DNA of 64,000 nucleotides, taken from contig NC_068991.1 in NCBI RefSeq assembly GCF_001194135.2, forward strand, positions 54,694,361 to 54,758,360, written 5' to 3'. The stretch comes from Octopus bimaculoides. Its lineage: Eukaryota. The notes under the pieces were generated by a model. It saw only the letters and a list, made by a program, of their open reading frames with translations. It ran no database searches and had not been told where the DNA came from. The position numbers and the translations under genes were made by a program. The stretch's first letter is position 1. Each line of letters begins with the position of its first letter. Of the stretch, positions 62,243 to 64,000 are shown piece by piece.

Positions 62243-62500
62243 GTGAAAGCACGTGACCTAATGATAAGGCTGTTGCTCATATGATCTCAAGATTGTGTTT
62301 TCGATTCCAAGGCTAGGCGATGCTTTGTGTTCTTGAACAAAAAGCTTCATTTCACATTGCTCCAATTCGCTCTGCTTTAAGTGAGTAACCTTGTCATGAA
62401 CTTGTATTCCGTTCAGAGTGAATATTGTGACTCCATTCATTCATTCACCATGGGAACTGAGTAGCTGTCCCCATGAGTCCTAAGACTCGAGACAGTAATG
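62243..62500 (+). mobile_element. SINE family C-related
   Basis: gtgaaagcacgtgacctaatg...ttcgattcc...cacattgctcc. Confidence 0.6.
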
Positions 62501-62958
62501 GCCAGAAGACTTACTTTATTTTTTGTTTTTACTGTATTTGGAAAATATATGAACACCTCAAATTTATTTATTTCCCCTAATAGATCTGGAATTTCGAGCT
62601 AAAGTGTTTATGTTCGTGTGTAAAATATATAGACATATAAAAAAAATAATAAAGGAACACACGAAACGAAGGTTTCTTTGCCTTTGTATTAATTAATCAA
62701 AATTTGTATCAGAATTGGAATATCCCTTAAGTAAAGAAATAATTGGCATATTTTAAATCTTAAAACTTGTATTTATTGTCTCTTAATTTAGGAGAGAAGA
62801 AAATAAGATGCTGTGGTATTCATATCTTTCCTAAATAAAGAATGTAAAGTGAAACAGTATCATCTTGAAATCGAAACATGAAGATTACATATTAACCAAA
62901 TAAAATGTTTAAATATTCGACTGGACTTAGAGAAATTATTATCCTCTGTAGTACTGAG

Positions 62959-63386
62959 TTAAATAGTTTTGTGTGTGTACATTGTATGAATTGTACCACG
63001 TTGTTTGACTTCAAATAATTCTTTAGCAATTTTACGAAATATTTGTTCGTTTGAATCTTTCAAAGCGTGAATCATTCGATGCAAATATTCATTTTCTTCT
63101 TTCAGTTTATAATAGCAGGACTTTGTAACCATGTTTGCTTTAATTTCTTTTATTTCATCAGCAATATTTCTTATATCAAACGAAGTGGGGTCAGTATTAA
63201 TGGTGATGTCACTAGAATCTATTGATAGTTTTTCATCAGAAGAAATTGATCCAGGATATAATGTGAATAACTGATTTTTATTTCCAAAACGAATTCCGAA
63301 ATTATCGGAGAGATCTACCTGCACTTTATGACCTTTAGTCTCAAATCCTGAGGAAGAGTCAACATTTTCAGTGGCAGACATAATTC
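62959..63386 (-). CDS. Candidate coding exon of an unidentified gene (predicted coiled-coil C-terminal half)
   Basis: 152-codon stop-free frame in very AT-rich DNA; pyrimidine-rich acceptor ttcctcatttcctatag| at 63387; heptad-like IRNIADEIKEIKANM...LKEENEYLHRMIHALKDSNEQI; 3' end (donor) uncertain. Confidence 0.45.
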
Positions 63387-64000
63387 CTATAGGAAATGAG
63401 GAAATATATTCCAACAAATTAATTCCTCCTATTCACTCATATTTTTTTAACTTCCTGTGTTACTTATGAATCTAAAATCAAAAGTATAAAAAGCGAAGCT
63501 TTAAACATATTAGATTTACATTATAAAACGTCATAATTATTTATGATGCTTTTATGTATATAAAATTATAACCTTCGTTATTTTAATGTCATTCATTTGT
63601 TAATAGTACACGATTTTAGGCGCAGGAGTGGCTGTGTGGTAAGTAGCTTGCTTGGAGTGCACACTCAGTCCATGGTGGCCTCCGCAGGTGGCTGCGGAGG
63701 TAGTACAGCATTCATTGTTGTCAAGGGTCATGGTGACCCTTGACAAAAAAGAGTTCGCATTCCTTTTTGCGGGCCCTGACTTGTCGCTGCAGAGTTGTCT
63801 GCGGGCGGCGAGTCAACTTGCTTACACGTAAATAGAAAAATGTTCTATTTGATTTTTATTGAACTTTTGAACTTGTGAGTTGTACTGAACAATGTTTTCG
63901 AGGGGTTATCGGTCGGTGGGCGCCGGTGCCCCTCCCATTTTTATTTCAACTTTTTTTATTATCACCCTCATCTCATTAATGTCTGTGTCCAGCCTGCAGC

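Overview
AT-rich, microsatellite- and SINE-dense animal genomic DNA with 8 N-gaps. From the repeat landscape it is probably a coleoid cephalopod such as Octopus (inference, not proven). The + strand carries the 3' part of a ryanodine receptor gene (RyR). I traced 22 GT-AG exons by hand from 4438 to the stop at 42550. They give 2721 nt in one phase-consistent frame (906 aa): paired EF-hands, divergent region, S1-S6, the GGGIGD filter and the C-terminal Zn site. The start of the gene lies upstream of the window. Introns and downstream DNA hold at least four tRNA-type SINE/retroposon families, RTE, R4/Dong, CRE-like and CR1 LINE fragments, mariner relics and an end-to-end but decayed 6.3-kb Helitron (49949-56252). 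Most interesting are: (1) a 1-kb Penelope-like insertion (2207-3226) with three minimal hammerhead-ribozyme copies (one intact), a tRNA-like Pol III head and a long inverted repeat inside an RyR intron; (2) fully canonical EF-hand loops in this RyR; (3) a 23-aa STPR-like repeat in the Helitron protein; (4) a near-perfect 300-bp inverted duplication; (5) a GC-rich multi-hairpin island near the right end; (6) a candidate alternative last RyR exon. No database searches were possible, so family names rest on recognised motifs. Boundaries of repeats are approximate; exon boundaries were counted individually.
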